NCBI RefSeq assembly: GCF_000002075.1
Contig: NW_004797298.1
Location: 1,617,255-1,681,254 of the forward strand
DNA from: Aplysia californica
Lineage: Eukaryota
Direction: 5' to 3'
Length of the DNA: 64,000 nucleotides
Below are positions 13,965 through 25,900 of the stretch, one piece after another; the stretch's first letter is position 1; each line of letters starts with the position of its first letter. The position numbers were made by a program, and so were the translations under genes. Under the pieces are notes generated by a model. It was given only the letters and a program-made list of their open reading frames with translations. It was not told the DNA's origin and made no database searches.

Positions 13965-16900
13965 ACAAATTCAAATTGAAAAGTACACGGACTGCGGGAT
14001 CAGAGGCTACTTGTCAATAAAAAATCTAAAAGACAAGGGTGGGAAGGTAGGATGTGCTGAGAGGAAGAGAGGAAGCAGAACGGCAAAAAAAAAAGGTTGT
14101 GTGGAAGAAACTGAGATTATTACTGTGCAGCTGCCAGGTGTGTACCATGTGTAGTGTGTACCTCTGGCGATGGTGCGGGGCAAACTTTCAGTAGACCACA
14201 CTACTCGGTTGGCCAATGCTGGTTTAAATGGGCAAATAGTATGTTTATATAGGTGTTCTTTTTGTGCATTGGCAAAACCTGACTGGCAGTATCAGATGGG
14301 TCGGTATAACGAGGTTAAACTGTGCTTGGTATGTTTCTGTAGGTGTTTTAATCTCATCTATTCTTTCACCTTATGTTATCAGATTCTCAAACACTACAGC
14401 AAGCCTGGCGTGAAGCCTATGCAGGTCATGGAGGTGTTCCCAGACTTTCAGGTGAGACTAGCAGAAATAAGCTGTCTAGCTCTGCGGCTTTGCTAAGAAA
14501 AGTGTTCTCCATATTATATGCTTGTCATCCGTGATGGGTGTGGCACTCCCTGTAGATGAGTTTTAAAAATGGTCAACTTTCCTTTGCAACTGTTATCTGA
14601 TTATCTTTTCAACTTGAAAAATAAGAGAAAAGCTCTTTCTTTACATTGTGTTTAGTTGCGAAAGTATAAAATTTGACAGTCTGTTGCAACATCTTAGAGC
14701 GCTGACTTTTTTCCCTCTGTGCTGAATTTATTTTGGAAAAACACCATGTTTGCACATACGCTTTTTTTTTGCCAATAACTTTTTTATTTGTCAAAATTTC
14801 TAATGAAGGTAAAAATAAAAGTTTTAGAATATTGAAAGTTCTTTATGAATATGTGAAGCAAAAATTATTTTGTGAAGTTATTGTTGTTGTAGTGGTGTTG
14901 GAAATGACTGAATAAAAACTGCCGGTTCATTAGATCTCTAGATCTAGACCAGAGTCTAGATGCTTCGTAGGCCAACGTTATATTCCACAAAGTGTTAGCT
15001 CTAGCATCAAAACCTTCGAAATCATCTTCCGATTCAAGGAAAATACACGGAACATCTTCGTCTGAATCTGATGTGACACTATTTTCATGTTTGTCACGGA
15101 TCGCATTCGCGAATTTTCCAACTTCATTGTCATTCGACTTCAAAGTGAAACAAAAAACTCCTCGCGACTCGATCGAAACCCGTGACCAGAAAAATGTCTG
15201 GCAAAATCAATTCTGCGTAACCAACTAGCTAGCAGTATAAAAATTAGTACTTCGTTCTTTTCGTATATCGCGTTATACTATGCCAATGTCTATAGCGACC
15301 GGCCACTTTACGGAAGTTCGGGCCGTCGCGACCGGGTCGCGGTCAGCACTTTAAGGGTTAAAACTATTCTTTTAGAAATGGTTCATTTATAACACTTTTG
15401 TCATGCATCTCTTGCAAAGGGAATTTTTTTTTTTAAAGTCATGACTATTTCTTTGTTTTTGTATTGGCTAGTTGTGGAAGCATCCGTTCGCTCAAGTCTT
15501 GTTTGACTCTGATCCTGCACCAAAAGGTTACTCTGCTCCTGTCCAGATGGAGGAAATGTCTCAGGCCATGATCAGGTGAGTGAGGAGTGTCTCCTGCAAG
15601 TGCCAGATCTGAAACAGACATCGGCAATCTTGGTTCATCACTCATTTCTTTACTCGATGGCTCAAAATTAAAACCTACAGTATCCTGGTCTTTTCCTTTC
15701 ACCCATCAATTCGAATTCCTTAAGTTGGTAATTCTTTGTCTACCTCAGCCTCGTGAGTTGTGTCCAAAATGTTAAGACTCTTTCATTTGTTTGTCTCAAA
15801 AGTCAGACATAAATTGTTACAACTAACAGTGTCATTCAACTTATTGCAATGTTTTTAAAGTTTTAGGAGGGGTTTTAAAAAAAAAATTTAAATCATTATT
15901 ACAGACTGCTGATATAGTGGTAGCCATTGGAACATGTGCAGTTAAATAGATACAGAATTGCATGGAAAGTTTTTATAACCAGAAAAAGTATGCTTTTTAT
16001 ATATTTCTGAGAAAGCTGAGTAAACCTGAAAGGAAATATGAGCTCCAAGATTAGAACTGGTTTCATAGTTCCATTAGCTAGTTAGAAAACTAAAACAGGA
16101 TAGTGTATTTCAAAAGAATCTGATTTTAAATTGTAACAGTAAATGTTTTTCAAGAGATGAATTATACTTTCCTTAGAGCATTTTAAGTGTACTTTGTTTA
16201 TTATATTTTTAAAGAATTTTTTGGTGTTTTTTTTGGTACTTACATGACTAAAAGAAATACTCAAATAATCTTTTAATTTTACTTTTGAATATCGAGTTAA
16301 TGCATCTTAGAGTGTTTTTGTAAGAATATGATATTTGTTTACTGTGAGTGTGATATTTGTGTACTGAGAGATCATGATATTTCATTACTGACAGAGTGTG
16401 ATAATATTTCTGTCTTAAGGGTGTGTATTCCTATACTTTAAGTATCTGATATTTCTGCATTTTACAAGCAAGAGACATTTCCATACCATGAGAGTGTAAT
16501 GGTGGGTGGTTGGCAGGGGCTCTGGTGTGGTTTGCTGCTTCTTTCCTATCAAACATCTATTGTCCTTATCTGTCCTTCTTTTTTGTGAATGTAACTCTCT
16601 TGTAGCACATCTATTCTTCGGCACTTATATGACCTTATTGTGTTGCAAGTGCTGTAAAACTCTTACGAAAAAAGAAGAAAAAAAGAGTGTGATTTTTCTT
16701 TGGTAAGACCATGTGGTGTTTCTGTACCATGAGTGTGATAAGCATGTGATATTTCTATACTGAGGGTGTTTGTGATAAGCATGTGATATTTCTGTACTGA
16801 GGGTGTGTGATATGTATATTCTAAGAGCATGTGATAATTCTGTAGGAAGGGTGTGTGATATGTATATTCTAACAGTGCTTCCACTCTTCCGTATTTTTAC

Positions 16901-19900
16901 GGAAATCCGTACTTTCTGCCATTTCCATATTTGTCCCTCCATCATTATCTACTCCCTCCGTAAAAAAAACTGCGACAGTGCAGGACTGCCGAAATTCCGT
17001 ACTCACCTTCGTATTGTCTTGAATAAGGTACGGATATTTAAGGTAATTCTCTCTGCAACAATTTAACGTTATAATAGAAACCTGCCAATTTGCGCATTTC
17101 CTGCAATTGGACATTATACCGCTATGCTATGTCCCAGTCCCATGCATTCATTGCGTGTTTGTCGGCAGTACACTTTTTACCTGCAGATGGATCAAAATGT
17201 GGCGAACCTTTTGTGCCAACTTCCTCCTTTCTGTCATTCACTCATTCCTTCTGTCTATCTTCGGATTGTTGCCGCGGCTGGAAAATCTGCGCGTTGATCA
17301 AGACTGATTTTGATCTTAGACAGAAAATTACTGTCGGAAAGAAACCTTTTTCGCAAATTTTATCTAGATCTAGAGAAATTATCAATGCGAAGATTCTACG
17401 GCACGTGAACGCAATATAAGGGCCGCGATGAAAGAAATATATGCTGATACGGTCGTGCCCACTACGGATGGGATCGACCAATTGCGCTGATCGCCCGACT
17501 CGGTCGAACAACCATGTTTGCTTTGAAACTGAAAACATTTTTGAGGCGATCGTCCATAGTGAGCACCACATATAAAATCAAGAATAATTCGAAGTGGTGT
17601 TCCGAGGTTGTGACAGGCGACTTTCTGACGTGAAAATTTAGAAAAAATGTGGGTATACGCTGCGCAACCGTATTTTGAAGGTACATCTATTCATTATTCC
17701 CAGGTTTGCCTGCTGTCAATGGTGCGACTACAAATTAATTGAATTATAGTAGCAATGAAAGGGGAACCTGCTTTTAAACATTTCCAGCATTGGAAAGATA
17801 TGCTGGTGATGAAGTCAAACAAGATAAAATGTTGGGGAAAAAAAATATATTATGGGCTGTAGGCAATATCTTCAAACAGGCTCCCAAATGCCATTTTCTA
17901 CCCTCTAAAAGCACTGGATTTCAATTTCCCTGTTCCCCCACCGGGACGCTGTCCCTGGACCCTGCTGGGGGCCTGTGCCGCCCCCTGATCCCCTGCAGAA
18001 TTTTCCTTACTTTTCAGCTTCAGCTGGTGGAAGCACTGTCTAAGAGCATGTGACAATTCTGTAGGAAGGGTGTGTGATATGTATATTCTAAGAGCATGTG
18101 ATATTTCTGTACGAAGGGTGTGTTATATTTATGTTCTAAGAGCTTGTGGTAGTTATGTTCTGAGAGCATGTGATATTTCTGTCTCACAGAGGAGCCGTGG
18201 ATGAGAGCGGTGAGCAGTTTGTGGCTTACTTCCTCCCAACAGACGAAACTCTTGGGAAAAGAAAACGGGATGCTGAGAGTGAGAAAGAATATGAAGAGGA
18301 AGAAACGTGAGTACGAGTGCATAATTGTCATATTTTCCTCTCTCTCTTAAGGGTTATAGCAGGTGCTTAAGAAATGTCTCTTCTCCCCTCACTCAGGATC
18401 ATTGTTCGTGATTTGTTGTTATTTTTTTCTTCTCTCATTCGGGTCATCGTGGTTGGCTGGTACACATCTTTTCTTCTGTTGCTTAGGGTCATTGTGCATG
18501 GTTAGTACATGTGTTTTCTTCTCCCACAAAGGGTCATTATGGGTTGCTAGTAGAGAGCGCCACTGGTTCATCCTACTTGTTTTCTTTCCTGGTTTGCTTT
18601 AGTCTCAGCACTAAATGACGGTTACTGCCCCAATATCTGCTCATTATTCTGAACTCAGGATGCAGGGTCTTTGTGACTGATCATACGATCCAGGTTGTTG
18701 TTGCTATCGATCCAGGAATGATAATACAACGTTTTCCTGTCTTCATTCTGTTGTGTGTACTTGAAATTTAATGAAAAGCTGCAGTGTTATGCACTGAATG
18801 AATGATGATATGTTGGAAAAATGTTCTGTCTGAAACCGAAGTTTTTATTTCCGGTAAATGTTTTTTGCCCACTTTGATACAATTCAGATCATGTAGGAGG
18901 CCTGCTGGCTAAGTGGTGGGTGCACTTAACCAAAAAAAAACAACCCATAAATAAAAGGATAATTGCAATATGTTAGGTGGTCACTAGAGTGTTCTTTAGC
19001 AAGTCACTTTAATCATAACCCTACAGGATGCTGCATGGTGGTAATCGTCAATTATGTGCTTGGTGTGTATCAGTTTATTGAATTATTGTTTCCTTTGTGT
19101 ATATCACATTATTTGTGAGCCATTATATGAAGACTTTCTTAAAAAAGAAAAAGACTTTTTAAAAAGTTTCATTGTGGAGAGATATTCTCACTTTCTGATT
19201 GTATGTACTATGCAAACTGCAGTGACTGAAAATGTTACTCTGTTTACACATATCCATGCAGAGTGCAGATGCTGAATGATCATGCAGGTGGTTGGCAGGT
19301 GCTCTGGTGTGATTTGCTCCTTTCCTATGAAACATCTACCTTCCTTATTTCTCCTTTTTTGTGTTTATTACTCTCTTGTAATGACTCTAATCTTTGGCAT
19401 TTATGACTTATATGTCTTGCATGTGCTGGAAAGCTCTTACTAAAACACAAAAATGTTAATGAGAGAAACGGGTTTTTCATTGTCTTCTCAGAAATCTTTT
19501 TTTTTTTCGATTGTGTTTATGATGTAATGATAGAAAACGTGACTCATGAAATGTGCGAGGGAGTTGATCACATATATTTATTTTTTATTGATTTTTGTGC
19601 AGGTATGAGTATTTGCTGGCAAGAGAGTACAACTGGAATGTGAAGAATAAATTGTCCAAGGGCTACGAAGAGACATACTTCTTCGTCATAAGAGAGGATG
19701 GAGTTTTCTACAATGAACTGGAGACAAGGTGAAGTTTGTGTATATGAAGAGCTGTGTTATTAGAATACAACAACATATTTACATCTAGTTTTGTTCACAG
19801 CACTTACAGAGAGAGTGTCACGAGATGACAGATGTGTCCTTTGCTCAGACAACATACCATGAGCTATTCTTGATGGAAGTGTTTAAATGTATTGTTTACG

Positions 19901-22900
19901 GAATTCCTGTCGGTTTCAAAAGAAGGGGAGATTCTTCTAATAAGCATGGGTTGGTTTTTCTCAGCCGTCTGGCTTAGATTCTGCCTTTTTTAAAGTCCCA
20001 CTTTTTTTCCCCGTTTCCTGATTGCTAGGTTTTTATATTGAATCTACTGTATGTGATAGAATTCACATTTTGTTGATTTCTGTCTTGTATAATTTGTTTA
20101 GGGTCCGACTTAGCAAGAGGAGGAAAACGGTTGCCAATGCTCAGCTGAGATCAAGATTGATTGTTAAACACAGACCTCTGACAGACAAAGAATTGGCTGC
20201 ACAGGTTTGTCTTTCATGTTCTGTATTAACTCTTTATCTCAGAGGGGGGTAAACCCACTATGTCAGGGCCCTCTTTTGGTGCTAAATCTAAAAATGACAA
20301 AAACATCATTAAATGGGACATCATATCGAAACTAGTACACCTATTTTGATAGATCTTATCTAATGAATGATCTTCCGGTAAAAGAGACCCGTTTTCGGCA
20401 ATTACCGAAAAGTAATTTGATGTCGAAGTCGCCGTAAAGGAATATGCCCGCGGCTCACCGGCATGGCGGTTCCGACTGGGAGCGGCTTGCCGGAGATAAA
20501 GAGTTAATGTTTCTAAATGCACATAGCTTAACACATTACACCCTAACTCGCCCGGGATCGCCCGGGAATTCCCTTACGCGCTCCACCCTAACTCGCCCGG
20601 AACCGCCCGATTGCACCACGCTTCCTTAGAAACGAAGTCTCGAACTAACGAGACGCCGTGTGCGAGATTTTTTTTTTTATGGTTATTGCAAAATGATTCT
20701 TCTTTTGTTTGGTACCGAAACGAAATTTTTCGGACCAGTAGTTTCTTTGTTATGAGCGATTGAAGCGCGATGGCTTTTCAGACGCTCCAGGGCTGGTTGA
20801 ACGAGCTTCAAAACAACAGAGCGCAGCCTGAAACATCATCTAGTGATGGATCTGAGTCGGAACAAACAAATGCTGAATCAGATATAGATGAAAACGTTAT
20901 TGCAGAAGTTGATAGTGATGAATCGGACGTAGATCTAGATCCAGAGTCCGACCACGAGACTGAGAATGAGCGTACTGAATGGTCGGAAACCCTGAGAGAT
21001 GTGAGGTTGGAACCTTTTCAAGAACCTGTGGGCCCCCTCCACAATCTTGATGAAAACTCGAAGCCAATTGACTTTTTTCATTTATTTGTGCCTCCAACAT
21101 TTCTGGACGAGATTGTTGTACAAACAAATTTATATGCAGAACAATGCCAGAACAACAAAGGTAAACGTGACACGTACTGGAAGGCAGTGACAGTCAGCGA
21201 CATCCGTAAATTCTTGTATTTGAACATCATGTTTGGGATACACCATGTGCCAGATTCTCGATTATACTGGTCAGTAGACCCAGTGTTGAGGGTTCCTGCT
21301 GTGGCTGATGTAATGAGCAGGCAGAGATTTGAGAAAATCAATCAATATTTTCACCTGAATGACAGTACAAAGATGCCAAATCGTGGTGAAGAAAATTACG
21401 ATCCGCTATTCAAGCTGCGACCTCTTCTTGACACCGTACGTACTGCATGTGGCAGCTCCTACAAACCTGGCCGCAATATAAGCATTGACGAGGCCATGAT
21501 CGGCTTCAATGGACGCTTACACTTCAAGCAGTATATTCGTAACAAACCGACAAAATGGGGGATAAAAGTTTGGTGTGTGGCGGAGGCGGAAACCGGTTAC
21601 ATGCTGAATTTCAGGTTCTACACTGGAAAAATAAATGAACCTATGACAGATGGAGTTGGACACCATGTTGTAATGAACTGTGCTGCTGACTATTTGGGCA
21701 AATACCACTGTATATATTTTGACAACTACTTTTCCTCTGTAAGACTTGCGGAGGATCTGCTGAAGAAGAAAACGTACTCTTGTGCAACTGTTCGTACAAA
21801 TCGAAAAGGTTGGCCCTTCCCCACGAAGAACAAACAAAAGAAAGGCACCCTCAACATGAAGCAAAGGGGAACTATGGTGGCCACGCAATGGCATGACAAA
21901 AGGCCAGTAAATGTTCTGTCAACCTGCTGTAATCCAACAACGACCGACGTCACCCGCAGAACCAAAGAGGGTGTTGTGCCACAAACCATCCCGACACCGG
22001 TTCACGACTATAACCAGAACATGAGTGGTGTAGATTTAGCGGATCAATACCGCTCATACTACAATATTGGGCGGCCAGGGAAGAAATGGTGGAGATATGG
22101 AGTGTGGTTCCTCATTCAGACTGCTATTATCAATGCCTTTCTGCTCATGAGAAGAGCTAACCCCAACGCCCGTCGTCGTTCTCCTGGAGCTGACCACCTG
22201 CATTTCCGCATTGCGCTACTGCAGGATTTACTTCGCGAAACACCGAGTTCATCTACTACCATCAATACCAGAGAATCTCCTTCTGTGTCTGCACGAGCCA
22301 ATCCAAACAATGAACAGCACAAGTTAGTGAAGATTCCAGGGAGAAAGAAGACTTGTTATGTGTGTTCCAAAGCAAAAAGGAAAACCAATAAAGGTCGTGG
22401 TGTAGAGACTGTTTATGGATGTACGTATTGTGGAATTCACCTGTGCAAAGGACGTTGCTTTACAACTTACCACAGATCTCTAGAGTTGGATGAACCTTTA
22501 TAAATGGATTATACACAAAAGACAAGACAAACAGTGAGTAGTAAAATCCCCAAGCTGTGTGAACAATGAGTGAAAAACTCAACAAAAATTGACATTTTCA
22601 TGTTTCATGATTTTTTAAATTACAGATCACTCATTCAAATACATATAAAGTTGTATTTTTCTGAAACTACATCCATTTCTCTTTCTTATTCTTATTTTTC
22701 CAGAATTTTTTGAATTTGTTTAATATTTTTAAAATGCTTTTGAAAAAGACATATAGTCACACATACAGGTGTAGCCTCCCCTTGCTTAGGATCTAGGAGT
22801 AGACTTCCTGCTCAGACCCTTAGGGTGTAATGTGTTAAGGGGGCCGCTGGTTGGCCCTTCTTTTGTTTCTTTCTGTAGCTTCTGTCTGTCTTCCTCTTTC

Positions 22901-25900
22901 CCTACACTAAATGACTGTTATTGTATCAATGTGCTTCTTTTCACTCATTCAAACTATTGGTGGCTTGCAATTGTCTTTGGATACCTTCTGCGAGAGACAA
23001 TAATGAAGTTCCTGTTCCCATGCCCTTTACTACCATTTTATTTAGTAAAATGGATTTTTAAAATATAAAAGTTGGGCAAGATAAGCGGATAGCTAGAGAA
23101 CGACAACAAAACGGCATTGGCCGATGTTTATAGTAACATCCATCTTGTTTAACGTCTTTGAAGGATTCCCACTTTGTCAGTCATGCCACACGATGGCAGC
23201 CTGCCGACTCGGATTAGATCTATTTTTTTTTGCAACTTGCAGAACTGTTCGGTTCAGTTGTCTATTATTGTGCAGCGCCCTTCTTCCGCTCAGATTGTTT
23301 CTGATGCTGCACACTACATAAACTGAGAAGAAGACTAAGAGTAGGCCTACGTCAATTTGGATACGAAAGCAAGTTCGAACAAGGTTCAACTACGGAGTGC
23401 AAATGATCGACTGTCTCAGTCCGAGTCGTTTCTTTTAAGGGGAGGAGCGACCCTTGATTTTGCAGATTTTGGGTCAGGCTATGCACATTTTATGTTGGCT
23501 GATTTTTTTAAATCAACCAGTTTTTTGTCTTAAAATAGCATGGATACAATTGAGAAAGACTTTATTCTACAGGTAATTTGCCTTTAAAAACATGAGGATG
23601 GATTAATATAGTGAATTTTCACAATTATTGTAGGTTTTCGCAAAATGTAATTTTTGTGCAGTTTTTTCCCTACTCCTTCCTTAGTTTTCATCCTTTAGAC
23701 ATTAAACTTTCAGGACACATAGATGGCAAGGCTGCCATCAATGTAACAGAAAGATATTTGCAAAAAAAGGAATACTTTTCCTTTGGCAAGCGATTACACA
23801 ACCTAAATTTAGAAAAAGGTTTTTTATACTTTGGGAAAATTCTCATAATTTTTTTTCTTTTGCACTTATTGAAAAAAACTTGCTGTTACTCTGATATGGT
23901 TTGGTTCAGGTATACTCTCACCAAATTTGGTCAAATTTGGTCTGTAAATAAGAAAGCCGTAGGGATTTCAAATTCATTGTTTATTTTCAAGATGGCGGCC
24001 GTTTCCATAGCAACCGTTGTAGCTATGCCAAAATAAAATTGGGTATCAAGAGATTTTACTATGTCTAACTTATATGTGTACTTAGATTTGATCTCGGGCA
24101 ACAAACATAGTAAATGGTCCCCAAGGGTAGCTCCTCCCGTTAAAGTTTTGTAAACACAAGAAACTAAACACTTACAAGAGATTAGACTCATTAGGACGCT
24201 GAGCTGCAAATGGAGTAGAACTAGATCTATAAGGGGAAGGAGTTTGGAAATTGCCAGGGTAAACAGCACTCTATGCAAAACCATCACTGTTTTTTAGAAT
24301 CGGGATCAGATGACACGGTGGGCATCCCCCTTGCGAGGTCAAACGGGTTGAACAAGATGGCTGTTACTATAAATATCGGCCAATGGCGTTTAGTTGTCTT
24401 TCTCTAGCTATCCACTTGTCAAGATATTTGAATGGAAATAAGGGCAGGAAAGAGGCCAAGTGAGAAATAACAAAAATTCAATTTTATATATGCTGTGCAT
24501 TCATGATATCCATGTATGGAGATATCGGATAAAAACAACACTGAGGGCAAATTTGCTTCTTCAAGTTTAATATGTCTACTACATACCGTACTTATAAATT
24601 TTACAAACTCCACCTTTAAACTTGACTTGTCTATTTCCGTAGAAAGTTACTCATTTTGTCAGCATGCCTCACATATCCTGCTTTTTTTGGTACGCTTCAG
24701 TACAACTTCTTGTTTTGAGAATACACACAGGAAGAGCTTATGTCCCTTAATTAAAGAGTAGTAATAATAATAATTATAATAAATAGCATTTGTATAGCGC
24801 AAATCCCCGTTCAACAGCAAGCTCTATACGCTTCACAATCTATACTATTACCCTAGCACACCTAGTATGACTCACAGGGACTGATCTTGTAAATGCTATG
24901 GCAAATGGAAAAGTGGGAACATACATCAATATAAAGATTGTGCCATCGCAAAGGGCTGGTACTCTGAGGGTCACTAGGTCAGGGACATAAAGGCCAGAAT
25001 GTTGTTTACACCTCACTGTGGACTCTTTTCTTCTCATTGCTGTTTGCATCTTTGCCAACCATTGCAACTGCATCCCTGAATACCCCGCATGAACTTGCTT
25101 TTGTGCTGTAGTGGTTAGGCTCTTTGTCATTGCGAGTGGGGAACTTTTTTTTATTATCACCATCTGTCTGTTGGGATATAATGTACCCTACTGAGCCTAG
25201 GTTGTTCCTGACTAGTAGTGTCAAAGTGGCCAGCCTTTAATTTGATCCAAAAATCACTGTTTTGACAATGATATCACCCGCTAGTGGGTGATTCAGATAT
25301 TTTGGTGGGCTGTAGGGATCATGAGACGGGACATTGTCAGAAACAACAAGATCAGAGAAATGGTTTGAACAACACCTGTCCTGCACAACATTAGAAGGCA
25401 AATAATCAGTGGTTTGGACATCTCACACGTATGGCACCTCACCAGCTTGCCAGTAAAGCCTACTACAAAAAAGTATTGGGGTACAAGGCAAGAGGAAGAC
25501 CAAGAAAGACCTGGGTCCAGGGTGTGAAGGATACCCTGAGAACATACAATATCCCACCCAGCCAGGCCATCAAAATTGCTAGAGACAGGGAGCTCTTTCT
25601 TCCCTCGACGCCCTAGAGGTATAAGTGGACGGATACTGTAAAGTAAAGTAGGGATCACTCTGTTAGTGACAGATTTTCCTTTAAGACCTGCTATGATATA
25701 AAAGGACTGATAAGCACTCATGTAAATTGTGTTCAAGGGAGTGAAAAACATTTACCGTTACAATAGTAACACTCTTCTGAACTCTTGTCTTTGTTTTGTG
25801 TCCTCAGGAGGGTCGCCTGCAGATGTTGGAGCCTCCTGGTGAGGAGGAAGAGGAAGAGGAGCCAATGCCCAGTTTGACTGCTGAAGGTAAATATATGGGG

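Noticed and set aside
18802-18834. ATGATGA...CTGA in a PAF1 intron as another C/D snoRNA
   Set aside because: Boxes only about 30 nt apart, no terminal stem, no recognisable rRNA complement
23988-24000. Perfect YY1 motif CAAGATGGCGGCC in a PAF1 intron
   Set aside because: A single site inside a TTAA-flanked transposon; no evidence of a host regulatory role
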